From the human T2T-CHM13v2.0 reference genome, Homo sapiens: a stretch of DNA of 64,000 bases. This document shows, piece after piece, positions 41,590 through 58,445 of this stretch (position 1 is the stretch's first letter; every line of letters starts with the position of its first letter). A program made the translations under genes and the position numbers. The notes beneath the pieces were generated by a model. It did no database searches, had not been told where the DNA came from, and was given only the letters and a program-made list of their open reading frames with translations. The stretch is taken from the NCBI RefSeq assembly GCF_009914755.1, contig NC_060926.1. One strand, written 5' to 3'.

Positions 41590-41609
41590 ATTTGAATTAA
41601 TTTAATAGG

Positions 41610-41770
41610 AAAGCCTGAAAGAAACCGTGGGCTGAGTTATTAAACCCCATTTTAATGAGATGAGGAAGCTGAGGCACCGAGAAGTTACGTAACATGCCCA
41701 AGGCAGAGAGGCAGATTCATGCCCAGCCCTCTGGCTTCAAAGTGTGTGCCCTTAACCACTGTGCTGAATG
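41610..41770 (-). mobile_element. MIR SINE
   Basis: ccccattttaatgagatgaggaagctgaggcaccgagaagttacgtaacatgcccaagg. Confidence 0.75.
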
Positions 41771-44700
41771 CTGCCCATGCACACTTCCTTTCTTTTCATT
41801 CCTTCCTTGCCTTCCTCATCCCTTTCCTGGCCTCTTTCTGTTTCTCACTTCTCTCGCTCTTTTCCTCTTTTCTCTTTCATTCCATGGCACTAATGTCCAC
41901 TCTTCTAGTCACTGACACACAGGTGCATAAAACCATCATTTTCCATGCTCTGGTCCTCATTTTATGAGGTCCTTTACCAAGTGTTGCTTTCTACATCATG
42001 GCTCAAAAGCCACTCAGGGTGACGCTGCTAGGAATGGGAGTCCAGCCCAAGAATAGCAACTTTTTGTAAGGGCAGTTCCTCAGCATCGCCTGGGTTTCCT
42101 CTCTAAACCCAGCTCAAACTATTCATCTTTCTCCTCTTATACTCCCTGTCAATGCCATTGCAGGGCCTATTTCTCAAAGAATAAACTCAATAAACACAAA
42201 AATGATATGCTCACAATCTGGCCCAGCTCAGGTCTGTGGTCTTAATTTTTTTTTAGTCTTGATTTAAGATCGTTTATCTTGTGATTCCTAGATTCATGAT
42301 TGATGGATGCCCTTCAAAGTAAATAAAGTGATGTCTTAAAAGCACATTATAGTAGGCTTAGAGACTTGCCAGAGAACTTTTTTCAGAAAGAAGGGCAGGA
42401 AGATTGTTTCAGGCCATTCTAAGATGAACATATTCACACATTTAGTGCCAAGATCCTGGGGATATGGAGGAAATGTGTTTACTGAGTTTTAAGGGTCTTG
42501 AGTATATCTGATATCTTCCCACATAGATTTAGTGAACAAAGACTCTGAAGTTCCTTCATTGTTTTATTAACTTTTGAGAGTCATTACTACCTCTGAACAC
42601 CATTTACATTTGTAAGACAGTATTTCACTTGGACGGAGCTTCAGTATCTTGTTCATCATCTTTTATAATATTACTTCATACCACTAATTTACTGTAAGAA
42701 CAGTTATTTGTTGTAATAATCTTTAGCTTTGGGTTGAGCTTTCTGGATAAAGATATACTTACATTTATTTTAGCATTGCTATCTGTACTAGTATCATGAA
42801 AATATCTCGAGTTCCTATCAGTCTCAAATTTCTTATAACTAAATGATATCTTTGAAGTTGATAATCCATTCCAGAAATTAATTAAACCATAGTGTCTTAT
42901 AGAATGGAAAAAAATAAGTTTTCTGGTAAAGTATATGGATTTTTTTTGAAATAAATAATTGTATAGAAAATACACTGAGAAAAAAGCCAGAATAATCACT
43001 GAGGAGGAAAAAGGATGGGAAGCACCATCCATTCAAAAAAGTTTAGAGTTTCCTGTATTTATAGAGCACTTTTTCCAAGACTTGAAGCCTCTTGGTGTAG
43101 GCATAGGGTTAAGATTGACACACAAAATACTGGGAAACAAGTAATCTAGGATAAGCGCCGTATAGAAAGTTCACAGAATAACAGATGTAGTCAAATGGAG
43201 GTAAGACCTTTTAGCCTTTGGCAATTTGGGTAAATTAATGAAGGGATCATAAATTGAGACTATTAACAGTACTCCTCTCATAAGGCATTTGGAGGACTAA
43301 CCAGGCAAAGTGCCTAGCACTTACTGAGTGCTCAATACATGTTATCAGTGGGAATAACTGAAGGGCAATGGTGTGAAACAGTCCTAGTTCTGTGTTATTA
43401 GCTGTACACTTTCACCTGTTAGCTGGGAGGAATGACATTCTGTCCTGAAATGGAGCAATCTGAGCAGAATACATGCCTGAATAGAAGGCCATTACCCTTT
43501 TCTTCTAAAGTGATCTAAGGCCGTGCCACCAGCAGGCCAAGGCAGTCCACCAGAAGTGGTTTTTGGGGTCTGTGCCACTGCTTGGAGAGATGATTAGAAG
43601 GCCAGAGTTCTGTATAATAAAATAGATGTCTATAATTTTAGCCTGGAGAAATTACTTATCTTTTCTATCGTAAAAGAAATAATTGGTCAGTTTTCTTCAT
43701 TACAATACCCACTGGCTTATAAATTTTCTAAATCTTACCTTTATATACTTAATAAAATGTTTTAAGTTGTCTCCACTATTGTCCTTTTTTTTCTTTAAAA
43801 ATTCATTAGCCTCCATTGCCATTTAGAAGGTAAGACATACATTATTGAGAAGATCTGTTTAAGACTTTCCCCAGACTAGAGTTAGCTAAAAACATGAGAA
43901 GTTGGAAAGTATACTTAATATGATAAAGAAGAAAGTGAATTATATGTTAGACAGCACTGTTGTGGATTAAGGAGAGAACGATGTATGGCCTGAATCATAG
44001 GTGCTTTCCTGCAGCATTTTCCAGATCTTTTTTTTTCCGCCCCCCCGAGACACGAATTTACTCCTAAGAGCATCAGGACGGCGTGGAAACTAACAAATGA
44101 CTATTGAAGACTTAAATCAAATTGGTGAAGTTTACTATCGCACCAAGCTACAGGTGTCTTCTAACTTCTCTCTAGGAATTAGATAAATGATCTTGGCTAG
44201 CACAAAAATGTTCAGCCTAAAAATTTAGTTAAAAAGCAAAGCTTGGAGCTCCCTCTTCTAGGTATACACAATCAAAGTCAATGATTTTACTGTTGATGAC
44301 ACTTTGTTTTCCGTAATTGTTACTAGGATGTCTGAGGGATTAACGTTTCACATGGTTTTTCCAGGGGTTATTATCTGTTACCGGATCATGTGTCTCAGTT
44401 TTTCTTTTAAGTTTAACCTCAAGGGAATAAAAGCATTTCTTTAAATCCCAATGAAAACCGTTTTCTTTTGTCATGCCTGCTGTGACTGCTCCTTTGAGGA
44501 GGCGGGTGAGCTTTTCCTCTAGCAACTTTGCTGAAACATGTATACTTAACCATGCTCTGCTGGTCCATATTTTGCAAACATATATATGGAAAGACTTTTT
44601 TCTTGTTCCTGTGTTTTTTGTAATACTTTTCAGGGAATGAAACAATTGTTATATTTTCAACAGTTCTTCAGATACTGTTCTTATTTTTTCAAATATGATG

Positions 44701-46426
44701 AAAATCTCTTGCAGTTTAGTCTATAGAATATCTTCAGATAGTCAGGAGCCATGTGATACTTTCTAAGTGATGGGGAGATGATTATGATAAAGTATTGATA
44801 TGGAGAACTTTGCTTGCTGAAGGAATGACAGGGTTAAAAAATATCCTTCCTTTATTCTCATCTATCATTTTCTCAATTTGACACACTTCCATAAGTACAT
44901 ATAGTCATATTTTAAAACTTAGGCTTTCGTCCTTTATTAAAAAAAAACATCAGATTTGCTGTGTTAGGATACAACCTTTTCTATGGCTGACAAAGTCCTG
45001 TTTATATGAAATATTGGCCCTTTTACGTTTTTTTCATGTTGCAGGTAACTAGAGCTGCAATAAACATTGTTGTCTTGCAATACCAGTAGTTTGCTTTTCC
45101 ACAACTTATCTGATGAGAAAACAGCACTGTGTTTTATCTGAAAAGCAAATGGAAAATGAGATATTACCAAAACCTTTTAACATATAAAAATAACTGCTTT
45201 AATTTTGTTTTCTTTTCAGATGAAAACAGCCCTTCCTGAATAATCAGTTTTACCATTTTGTTTTGTTCTAAGCACAAGGACTGAATGGCAGTGAGGTGTT
45301 GTTTTTCTCTCTCCCTTCTTCTGTCTTCTCTTATAATGTATTTTATATAATGCTTTAGGAGACATGGGAGATATCTTTATGTTGGTGTACAAATTCAAAT
45401 GTCCAGGCTAAGAAGCTGAATGAAAGTTAAACAACAAGGTTTTGCTATTTATAAGAAGCAAATTACTATAAATCTCTACTATCAATAAATGTGGTAATTT
45501 GAATTTTCCCTGTGAAATTTTAATTTTAATGACTTCATATTGGGTAATTTAACCATTCTCGTTTGGGTCAGAATATTATTTAGGAAAGGCTGTATCAAAA
45601 GATCATTTATATGAAAATGGGTTGTGAAGACTATATTTATAAATGTTATCCTGTGGCATTTTAAACCATGACCTTGAAGACCGTATTAAGACAAGTGATA
45701 TGATAGAATGCTCCTGACATTGATGCATTATCACTCCTAATGACTTGGTTGACCATAACATAGACTCATTCATGAAGACTAACCCTGAGGGGGAAAAAAC
45801 AGCAGAATCTGTCATAAGATTCATGTTTAATTCTTTAACCTTCACATCTTTGCTTTGTTTATGGAAATATTCCAGTTATGTATTTCTTACATGGAGTCCC
45901 TTCACAACCAAATCATACATAGAAAGAGCTCTGCTGCTGGCTGGTGCTCAGGGCATCAGGTTTCCATCTTATTTTTAGTTTTTCTAATCTTTCTGAGCCC
46001 AGAAGACCAACAGTTCTGAGGGGATACTGGTCTCTTTTAAAGTCTTAGAGAAAGAGAAAGAGAGAGCGAGAAATGGGGGTGTTGCTTTCTGAAATCTAAT
46101 CTGTGTCTTACGTATGAGGAGAATGTTAATACATATGTTCTCTTTTTAATTTTTTTTTGGTCCTGCTGCACCTGATTTGTTATTTTGGAAGCTGTTTTAT
46201 TTTATCGGTTGTTTCTTTTGAAAAAAAAATTTTTTTTTTTTTTTTGAAATTGACTGCTTTGTCTTTTTTACATTCATTTAATTTTTTCTCCCAAAGGATG
46301 CTTATTTGAGATGGTTTCCATATTTCTCCTCTAGATTAAAAAATTCAATCATTTATCTTTCTGTTTTCCTCTTACTTAGTCTCACTCACACTTTTCTGAC
46401 TGCTTTGAAAGAGTGTGAAAAGATGA

Positions 46427-46765
<339 letters not shown>

Positions 46766-47749
46766 TAGTGATGCCAGATGAACACCTGATCATGTGGGAA
46801 AATTTCTTCATTTTTTATAGTGAAATTTTTCTGAGATGTGGGGGGTGCTTTTTGTTTTTTTAACTTGTTTAATTTGTTCTTATCTTCTCCGCATTCAGCA
46901 TAATAACACAACATCACACACATACCCCACACAAACTCTTGCCTTTGTGAGTAAAAAACCTGGCTTGTGGCATGTAATGCTATATTAATTTTTGTATGCA
47001 TCCAGTGAAAAATGTTTATAATCCATGTAGCAAAAACATATTTTCTACAGTGCTCAGTCCTCTGCTGGCCCTTAGGAGATAATCATTGATTGCCACATGA
47101 TATGCATATGATCTGACTCTATCCAGCTAATTTTTCTGCCTTGGTCAAGTCCTTTGTGAAACTTCTTTCTGATTTGCAAGAAGAACTGACACCTCAGTGA
47201 TTTTTTTCTAAGGAGCTTCTCAGAGGTAAATTCAGTGATGTGTGCAGCCTAGCAAGTATTTGTTTAATACACAACAATCCTCAGAACTATGTGGGGTATG
47301 GAGAAGCCAAGCTACGCATAGTTTTCCGTCTATAAAGGAGATTATCGTCCATCTGTGGGCAAAGGAAGTAAATGCAGGAATAGTTTGACAAAATGGAATT
47401 ATATATATATTTTTACTTTTGTGTAAAATCCTACTAGAACATTCTAATTCCAGCTCCATCTCTGTGAGAACTCTCTCAAATTCATTTTCTTCCTCATCCT
47501 GCCTGGACATCATAGTTGAATGACTCTAATGAGTACTCATTGGCACTTCAATTCCATCATCAGCATGTTCAGCATAATTCACTGTGATGTTTCTCAACCA
47601 TAGGATAATACAGCCTTTGCTTGACCATCTCCTGAGCCTGGGATACATTGCTACAGTTGAGGACAATTATGGTCACAGTTGAGATACTGTTGTAGAACAC
47701 AATGGAACAGTCCTCAGTTAATATGTAACTCTTAACACTAGATTTTCTA

Positions 47750-50570
<2,821 letters not shown>

Positions 50571-51507
50571 TTTGAACTAAGTATTTTAGAAAGTTACAGG
50601 AGATAGTTTGTCTCATTGGAGCTCAGAGTCAAGGTAGGGAAAATGGGGAAAAAAGGAGGGCATCAAAGGAAGAAGGAAGACTGTAGGGAGCCCAAATGTT
50701 ATAATATATATAAGTTCCCCACGAAGAGAAAAGGAAGAAACCATGAAGAAATATACCTTGTGTATAAGAGAATATTGGGAAATTGCACTATAAAAGGAAA
50801 AAAGAATATAAATAAAGCTCTGGCAACCAGTGCACCCAAGGAATGACCAGACAGCAATGACAGTGGAAGGAAAAGGGCAACCCTGTGAGAAAGAAAAGCC
50901 TGAGCAGCGCAGATTGTCAGAGAGCATCTGCAAAAGAAAGGTGAGAGCTTTCTGCAAAAGAAAGGCGAGAGCTTTCTTTGCAACTGCTTTGCACATTTCT
51001 GCTAAGTAATGATGCTACAAAGCCACACATTTTTCCATTTCTCTCTAAAACTCCTTCAAAGAGCACTGAGACCAAGCTGTATTCTCTGTAATTTGCCCTT
51101 AGCTGTATGGAAAACATCTTTGACCTACAGCTAGTATCCTATGCAGAAACCTTCCAGTGCTCTGCTATTCTCCAGGGCTTTTCTTGCAGAAAATAAACAA
51201 AGTGATGTTCTGTAGAATGTTGACCATTATTCCTGTTCCTGAAAGGTACTGGGGAAGATAAGTCCAGGACAGTCATGAGAATCACTCTTCTCAGTTTTGT
51301 AAAGTGGGGTGGACACATCCACCTTGCATAGAGCTGCACAGAACTTCCACTGTTTGTGCCAATGTGGCCTCATATATATAGGTCAGTTTGAAACAGTATT
51401 AAATATTCACAAAATAAACTGTACGTATATGCATGCACATGCCTTTTGTGTGTGAACAACTGAAACATTCTCTGTTTGTTTTCGCCTTAGAAATATTAGC
51501 TGCCCCC

Positions 51508-51802
<295 letters not shown>

Positions 51803-51929
51803 TTAGCTGCCCCCTTAGAGAGTCTCGCAGATGGAAAATATGCAACAGTGGGACTGTGGCCGTGATAGATCTGAAAGGAGGACCCAGGGGCCTTAGATCT
51901 CTTCCATTGCAAGGTCCTATAAAATATTT

Positions 51930-53601
51930 TTAAATTTACAAACTTTATTTTTTAGAGCAGTTTTAGGTGCACAGAGAAATTGAGCAGAAATTATAGAGAG
52001 TTACCAAATATCCCATCCCCACACGTGCACAGCCTCCCCAGTGAGACCCAGTACTATAGTGGTATATTTGTTACAATTGAAGAACCTACACTGATGCCCT
52101 ATTATCATCCAAGATACATAGTTTACATTAGGGTTCACTCTTGATGGTGTGTATTCTATGTATTAGGAGAAATGTATAATAACATGTGTCTACCACTGAT
52201 ATCATACAGAATAGTTTCACTGCCTTAAAAATCCTTTAAAAATCCTTTGTGCTCCACCTGTTCATACCTCCCACCCCCTTAACCTCAAGCACTGACCACT
52301 AATCTTTTTACTGTTTGCCACATACTTAGAATCGTATGGAATGTCATACAGTTAAACTTCAGAACTTATAGTTAGAATCATACAGTATGTAGCCCTTTCA
52401 TATTGGCTTCTTAGTAATAATGCATTTAAGTTTCTTCTATGTCTTTTCATGGCTTAATGGCACATTTCTTTTCAGTGCTGAATAATATTCCATTGTCTGG
52501 ATATACCAATTTATCCACTCACATAATGAAGGACATCTTGGTTACATCCAAGCTTTGACAATTACAAATAAAGCTGCTATAAACATTCATATGCAGGTTT
52601 TTGTGTGGACACATGATTTCATTTCATTTGAGTAAACACCACAGAGCATGATTGCTGGATTGTATGGTAAGAGTATGTTTAGTGTTGTAAGAAACTACCA
52701 AACTGGCTTCCAAAGTGGCTGTATGATTTCGCATTTCCACCAGCAATGAATGAGAGTTCTTGTTGCTCCACATCCTCGCCAGCATTTGGTGCTGTCAGTG
52801 TTTTGTGTTTTGGCCATTCTAAGAAGTGTGTAGTGCCATCTTGTTGCTTTAATTTGCAATTCCCTGATGACATACGATGTGGAGCATCTTTTCATATGCT
52901 TATTTGTCATCTGTATATCTAATTTGGTGAGATATCTTTTAAGGTCTTTGGCCAATTTTTAAATTAGGTTATCCATTTTCTTGTTGAGTTTTAAGAATTC
53001 TTTGGATATTTTGGATAACAGTTCTTTATCAGATGTATCTTTTGCATATATTTTCTCCCAGTGTGTGTATTGTCTTCTCATTCTCTTGACATTATCTTTT
53101 TTGGAGCAGACATTTTAAATTTTAATAAGTCTAGTTTATCAATTATTTCTTTCATGGATCATGCCTTTGATGTATCTAAAATATCATTGTCATGCTCAAG
53201 GTCATCTAGGCTTTCTCTTATGTTATCTTTTAGAAGTTTTATAGTTTTGCATTTTATGTTTACATCTGTGATCCATTTTGATTTGATTTTTATGAAGGTG
53301 TAAGGTCTATATCTAGACCGCTTTTTTTAATGTGAATATCCAGTTTTTCCAACACCACTTTTTGAAAAGAGTATCTTTGCTCCATTCTGTTGCCTTCTCT
53401 CTTTTGTGAAAGGTCAGTTCACTGTATTTATGTGGGCCTATGTCTGGGATCTCCGTCCTGTTCTATTCATCTATTTGTCTCTCCTTTTACTAATACCACA
53501 CTGTCTTCATTACTGTAGATTTATAGTAAGTCTTGAAGTTGGGTAGTGTCAATTCTCTGACTTTATTCTTCTCCTTCAATAATGAGTTGGCTCTTCTGGA
53601 T
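51930..53601 (-). mobile_element. L1MC-type LINE-1 3' fragment
   Basis: tttagagcagttttaggtgcacagagaaattgagcagaaa 3' end. ORFs 52679-52955 give ORF2 C-terminal motifs ([25 protein letters not shown]). Confidence 0.85.
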
Positions 53602-54099
53602 CTAAAATGTTTTTTAACACTGTATTATGATAATGAGAAAAACAAACCTATAAGTATTAAGGATATAAGCAGAAATATGAATAAATATTTAGTCTGCTTC
53701 TCTATGGATATTATACCATTGAACATAAAAATAAATCTCATGGATATTTTTATGAATACATAATGCACAGAACTAAATTTATTTTATTATAGATTACCCT
53801 AAGATTCTCTGTGGCCTATTAATTTTATGATACTTAATATGAGATTTTTCCTGCAATAAGACTGTTTGGACACTATTGCTAAATAGAATTATATCTTTGA
53901 ACTGAATGTCCTTCTTCAGCATTCTTTAATAAAATTGGAGTAGTATCTTGTCAGAAAAATGGGAATGAAAACTGTACCTGGAAGTTTAGGACATTTGGAG
54001 TAATATCTTAGGACACAAAAACTCAGTCTAGAAAAATCTGAGAAATTTAAGTAAGATATTTCAAAAACGTTTAAAAAATTTCTTTAAAGTCACATTTTT

Positions 54100-54480
54100 T
54101 CTGATACCAAGGGAAAGTTTCTTTGCCATTCGTACTTTGACTTCTTGAAACAGCATCCTATTTAGAACCATACTGACCAGAACTAGTGAAGAGATATTGG
54201 TTGAATTCCTAACCATGTCTTGTGAAGAGCAACAGAAGAATTTAGGTCTAGAGAAGAAAAGTCTTGAGGGAGTAGAACAGAGAGATTGCAGAAACAGGTC
54301 TAAGTTTCTCCACATATCTGAAGAGTCATTTTGTTAAAGACAGATTAGGCTAATTTTCTGTTACTTTCAGAATGCAAATTAAGCGCTAATTACGCATAAA
54401 ATTTCCTACGCATAGGAAGAGAATAATAGCAGTAAGATCTGGACCCTAAATTGAACTACACCGAGAGATAGTGAGCTCCT
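54100..54480 (+). mobile_element. L3/CR1 LINE fragment
   Basis: aaccatgtcttgtgaagagcaacagaagaatttagg..ctagagaagaaaagtcttgaggga..atatctgaagagtcatt. Confidence 0.55.
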
Positions 54481-54490
54481 TGCCCCTTAG

Positions 54491-54791
<301 letters not shown>

Positions 54792-54986
54792 ACCCCTTGG
54801 TTGTTAAAAGCAGATGTGTGACCTGATGTATGGAATGGATTCATATATTTGGTGAAAGCTTCACTGTATGGAATTATAAATGTATAAATTATGTTCCACC
54901 TCACTATTGAACACGTAGAAAATATAAATAACAATGAAATATCCTTTTCACTTTTCAGTTAAGAAAAATTAAAATATATATGTATG

Positions 54987-55344
54987 TGTCTTAGTTTGGG
55001 CTCCTATGACAGAATACCATAGACTGGGAAGCTTAAACAGACATTTATTTCTCACGGTTATGGAGGCTGTTAAGGCCAAGATGAAGGCAGCAGCAAATCC
55101 TATATCTGGTGAGGGCACTCTTTCTGGTTTGTATACTGCCATATTCTCTTTGTGTTCCCACGCAACAGGGAGCAGAGAGATCATCTCTCTGCTGTTTCTT
55201 ATAAGGGTGCTAATCCCATTCATGAGGGCTCTATCCTTATGATCTAATTGTTTCTCAAAGGCCACACCTCCTAATACCATCACATTGTGGGCTACAATTT
55301 CAACCTATAAATTTTAGGGGGACACAAACATTCAATTCGTAACA
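54987..55344 (-). mobile_element. MLT1A-type MaLR solo LTR
   Basis: tgtcttagtttgggctcctatgacagaataccatagactggg..gggggacacaaacattcaattcgtaaca; TSD gtatg/gtgtg. Confidence 0.85.
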
Positions 55345-55537
55345 GTGTGTATGTATATATGCACACCTACACACATGTGCACATACTCCTCCAATGTTAG
55401 GGAGGATAAAGAGAAAGAATAGTTCACATTGCAGATAGAAATATGAATTTGTCAATTATTATGGGAAGAAATTTGTCAAAAGCCTTGAAATGTACATTTC
55501 CAGGAGGTACGTTCTTATGTATAAGACTACTCTTCGA

Positions 55538-55932
55538 TGTTGGCTTATCAGAAACATAACCCAAGATAAGCACTTCACCTGCATGTCACTTACTAAGCAA
55601 TTGTTCTTTGGATGACTGGTAAGGAAATGGGAAAAGTAGGATAGTTAAGATCATGTGACCTCAAGCCATGTCCTTTAGGAGAGCAGCTTGAGGAGCTACA
55701 GTATGTACATACCCTGCAAGGTTGTCCTGATTCGAGCCAGGGAGCTGGGCTCTCATACTCTGCAACTGGCATTGGTTAAGGAGTGAGGTCATGTGTGGGC
55801 TTGGAAGCTCCATAGCCTGAGAGAGAGAGTCCACCAAAGAAGGGTTGTGGGTATCAGCTGTTAGAAGCAAAAGCTTCATGAAGTCACAAAATTGGAAAAA
55901 GAATATCTGGTTGGAACAACAGCATTTACTAG
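55538..55932 (-). mobile_element. LTR16-family ERVL LTR
   Basis: ctggtaaggaaatgggaaaagtaggatag; gggagctgggc..ggcattggttaagg; end gaatatctggttggaacaacagcatttacta. Confidence 0.55.
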
Positions 55933-56131
55933 TACAAATATTCACTGCATGATAAACATCACATTGCTTAAGAAAGCAAACGTGTTAAGCATAACACTGG
56001 TAAAATACAGACTTTCCAGCTATGAAGCGGTGTGACACAGAAGACTTCCATAGGAGTTAAGCTGTCAGATAATGACTACTATGCGTATCACAATTACAAC
56101 TGAAAATACACTGTAAATGTAGATAGATACA

Positions 56132-56472
56132 CAGATGCTCCCTGACCTATGTCCCCACCATAAGTTGAAAATAACATGTTGAAGATGCATTTAATACATC
56201 TAACCTACTGAACATCACATCTTAGTCTAGCTTACCTTAAACATGCTCAGAACACTCGTGTTAGCCTACAATTGGGCAAAATCATCTAACACAAAGCCTG
56301 TTTTTAAAATACAGTGTTGAATATCACATGTAATTTATTGAATATTGTACTGAAATTGAAAAACAGTTCTGTGGGTATTTGTGTTATAGTGTCTGCTGAA
56401 TGTGTACCACTTTTGCACCGTCTTAAAGTTGAAAGATCGTAAGTTGAACCATCCTAAGCCAGAGACCATCTA
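56132..56472 (+). mobile_element. MER47A-like TcMar-Tigger MITE
   Basis: cagatgctcc..atgcatttaatacatctaacctactgaacatc..ttgggcaaaatcatctaacacaaagcc..taagttgaaccatcctaagccagagaccatct. Confidence 0.85.
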
Positions 56473-56489
56473 GAGTTATAGGTACAGAA

Positions 56490-58445
56490 AATGGAAAGAT
56501 GTAATGACCAAGTAGGATTTATCTCAGGAATGTGAGTTTGGTTTGGTTTTAGAAATGGTTTTTAACATAATTCATCAGATTAAAATATGGTTTGAAATAA
56601 CGTGATCATCTTGTTAACTGCCCATATAAAGTACTTGATAAAATTCAGTTTACCCATTCATGATTTAAAAAAAAAACTCTAAAACAGTAGGTATCACAAG
56701 GAATTGACTAAACATTTACAGCAAATAAATACAGTTATAAAGGCAAGGAATCTTTTCTTTAAAATCAGGAGAAAATGATACCCATTATCAACTTATTGTA
56801 CTCATCACTGTACTTGATATTCTGCACATGATAGTGATACGTGGAAAAGAAAATTATAAGAATTAGAAGCAAAAAGTCAAAACTGTTACCATTATTAAAT
56901 GATAGCAGTGTTCTTAAAATTGTTTAAAGTACAAACAAGATATTAGAGCTAATATAATGAAAGAGAAAGGTTTCTGGATATTAGGCCAACATATAAAACA
57001 CAACAGCACCCCTCTGTACTTGAAACAAAGAATCAAAGACTGTAAACCTCTGAATAGAGCTAGCAAAAGTTTCATAAGACCTTCATGAAAAAATCGTGAA
57101 ACCTTATTGAAAGACATAAAGTAACAGCTAAATAAATAAGGAATTTATAAAATGTTTGGGATGAGAGAAATCAATATAGTAAAGATGTCACTTCCCCAAA
57201 GATTAATCCATAAATTCAATGGTGTTTCAGTAAAAAGAGGAACAGATTTTTCATAGACTGTGGTAAGACGAATCTGAAGTTCACATATTAGTCAAAATTC
57301 CCAAAGATAGTCAAAATTTACTTTTCTCGTAAGGAGGCTTTATTTTAAAGCCACAGTAGTTAAAACAAAGGGATATTCATGCAGGGAAAGTCAAATAGAC
57401 CAAATGAACAAAATAGCAGATAAATGAACCCACATATAAATGAGTGCATCACATGCATGGGAAAAAAAAGATAGAAAAGTTACTGAGTAAATGATGCTAG
57501 AACTTTTTACTGTCCTTAAGAAAAAAGATGAAATATGTGCCTCATACCACATATTAAAAATTAATTACAGATGAATTAGAGACCCAATTTAAAAAGTGTA
57601 ACATTTTAGAGAAAACTTAGAAGATAAATCCTTAAGATCCTGAATTAGGGAAGGATTTCGTTCATAAAACATACAAACTTAGACTATAAAGGGGAAAATG
57701 GTGTATTCAGTTATTTTCAAAATTAAAGCTTTGGAATGACAAAACTTATAATCCAAAAACTAAGTGAAAAAAGTATCATGTATTAGAGAAGATTGTTGAA
57801 AAAACATATATTTCCTAATGGACTTTCACTCATCTTATGTGAAGAATTCCATAGTAATAATGGAAGCAATCTCATAATTTAAAAACGAGCCAAAGCTCTG
57901 AATACCCCGTCAGAACAGGCAACTGTCATAGGAAATAAAAACCCCAATACATATTAAACTAACTGATAATTAGAGCGTCATACGTATCATAAGACTGATA
58001 GTGTAAGTACATTTTAAGAGCAACTGCCTGAAATTGTTGGTGGCAATACAAATTGTATTGAAAGACATAAAGTAAGGGCTAAATAAAGTTAAAATCATGT
58101 GACCTCAGGCCATGTCCCTTAGGAGAGTAGCTTGAGGAGCTATAGTATGTACATACCCCACAAGTTTGTCCTGATTTGAGCCAGGGAGCTGGGCTTTCTT
58201 ACTCTGCAACTGGCATTGGTTAAATGGTGAGGTCATGTGTGGGCATGAAAGCTCCATAGCCTGAGAGAGAGAGTCCACCAAAGAAGGGTTGGAGGACCCT
58301 GACTTGGGGGACAGCAGTGAAATAGGATGAAGATGTATGAATCCTATGATCCTAAGATTCTTTTCCTAGTCAAACACACTAGGGGCAGGAACCAGCTACA
58401 TATATAGTGATATTGATTGCAGTGCAATTTGTAATAGTGTAAACA
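56490..58445 (+). mobile_element. Old L1ME-type ORF2/3' fossil
   Basis: gaccaagtaggatttatctcaggaatg; aatatagtaaagatgtcacttccccaaa; ctcataccacatattaaaaattaattacagatg. Confidence 0.7.
58088..58291 (+). repeat. Local direct duplicate of 55644-55847
   Basis: 204-bp colinear copy (atcatgtgacctca..gagagagagtccaccaaagaagggttg) with ~16 substitutions by eye. Confidence 0.95.

Noticed and set aside
44069-44086. RE1/NRSE-like agcatcaggacggcgtgg
   Set aside because: The spacing is one base short and there are several core mismatches versus TCAGCACCnnGGACAG.
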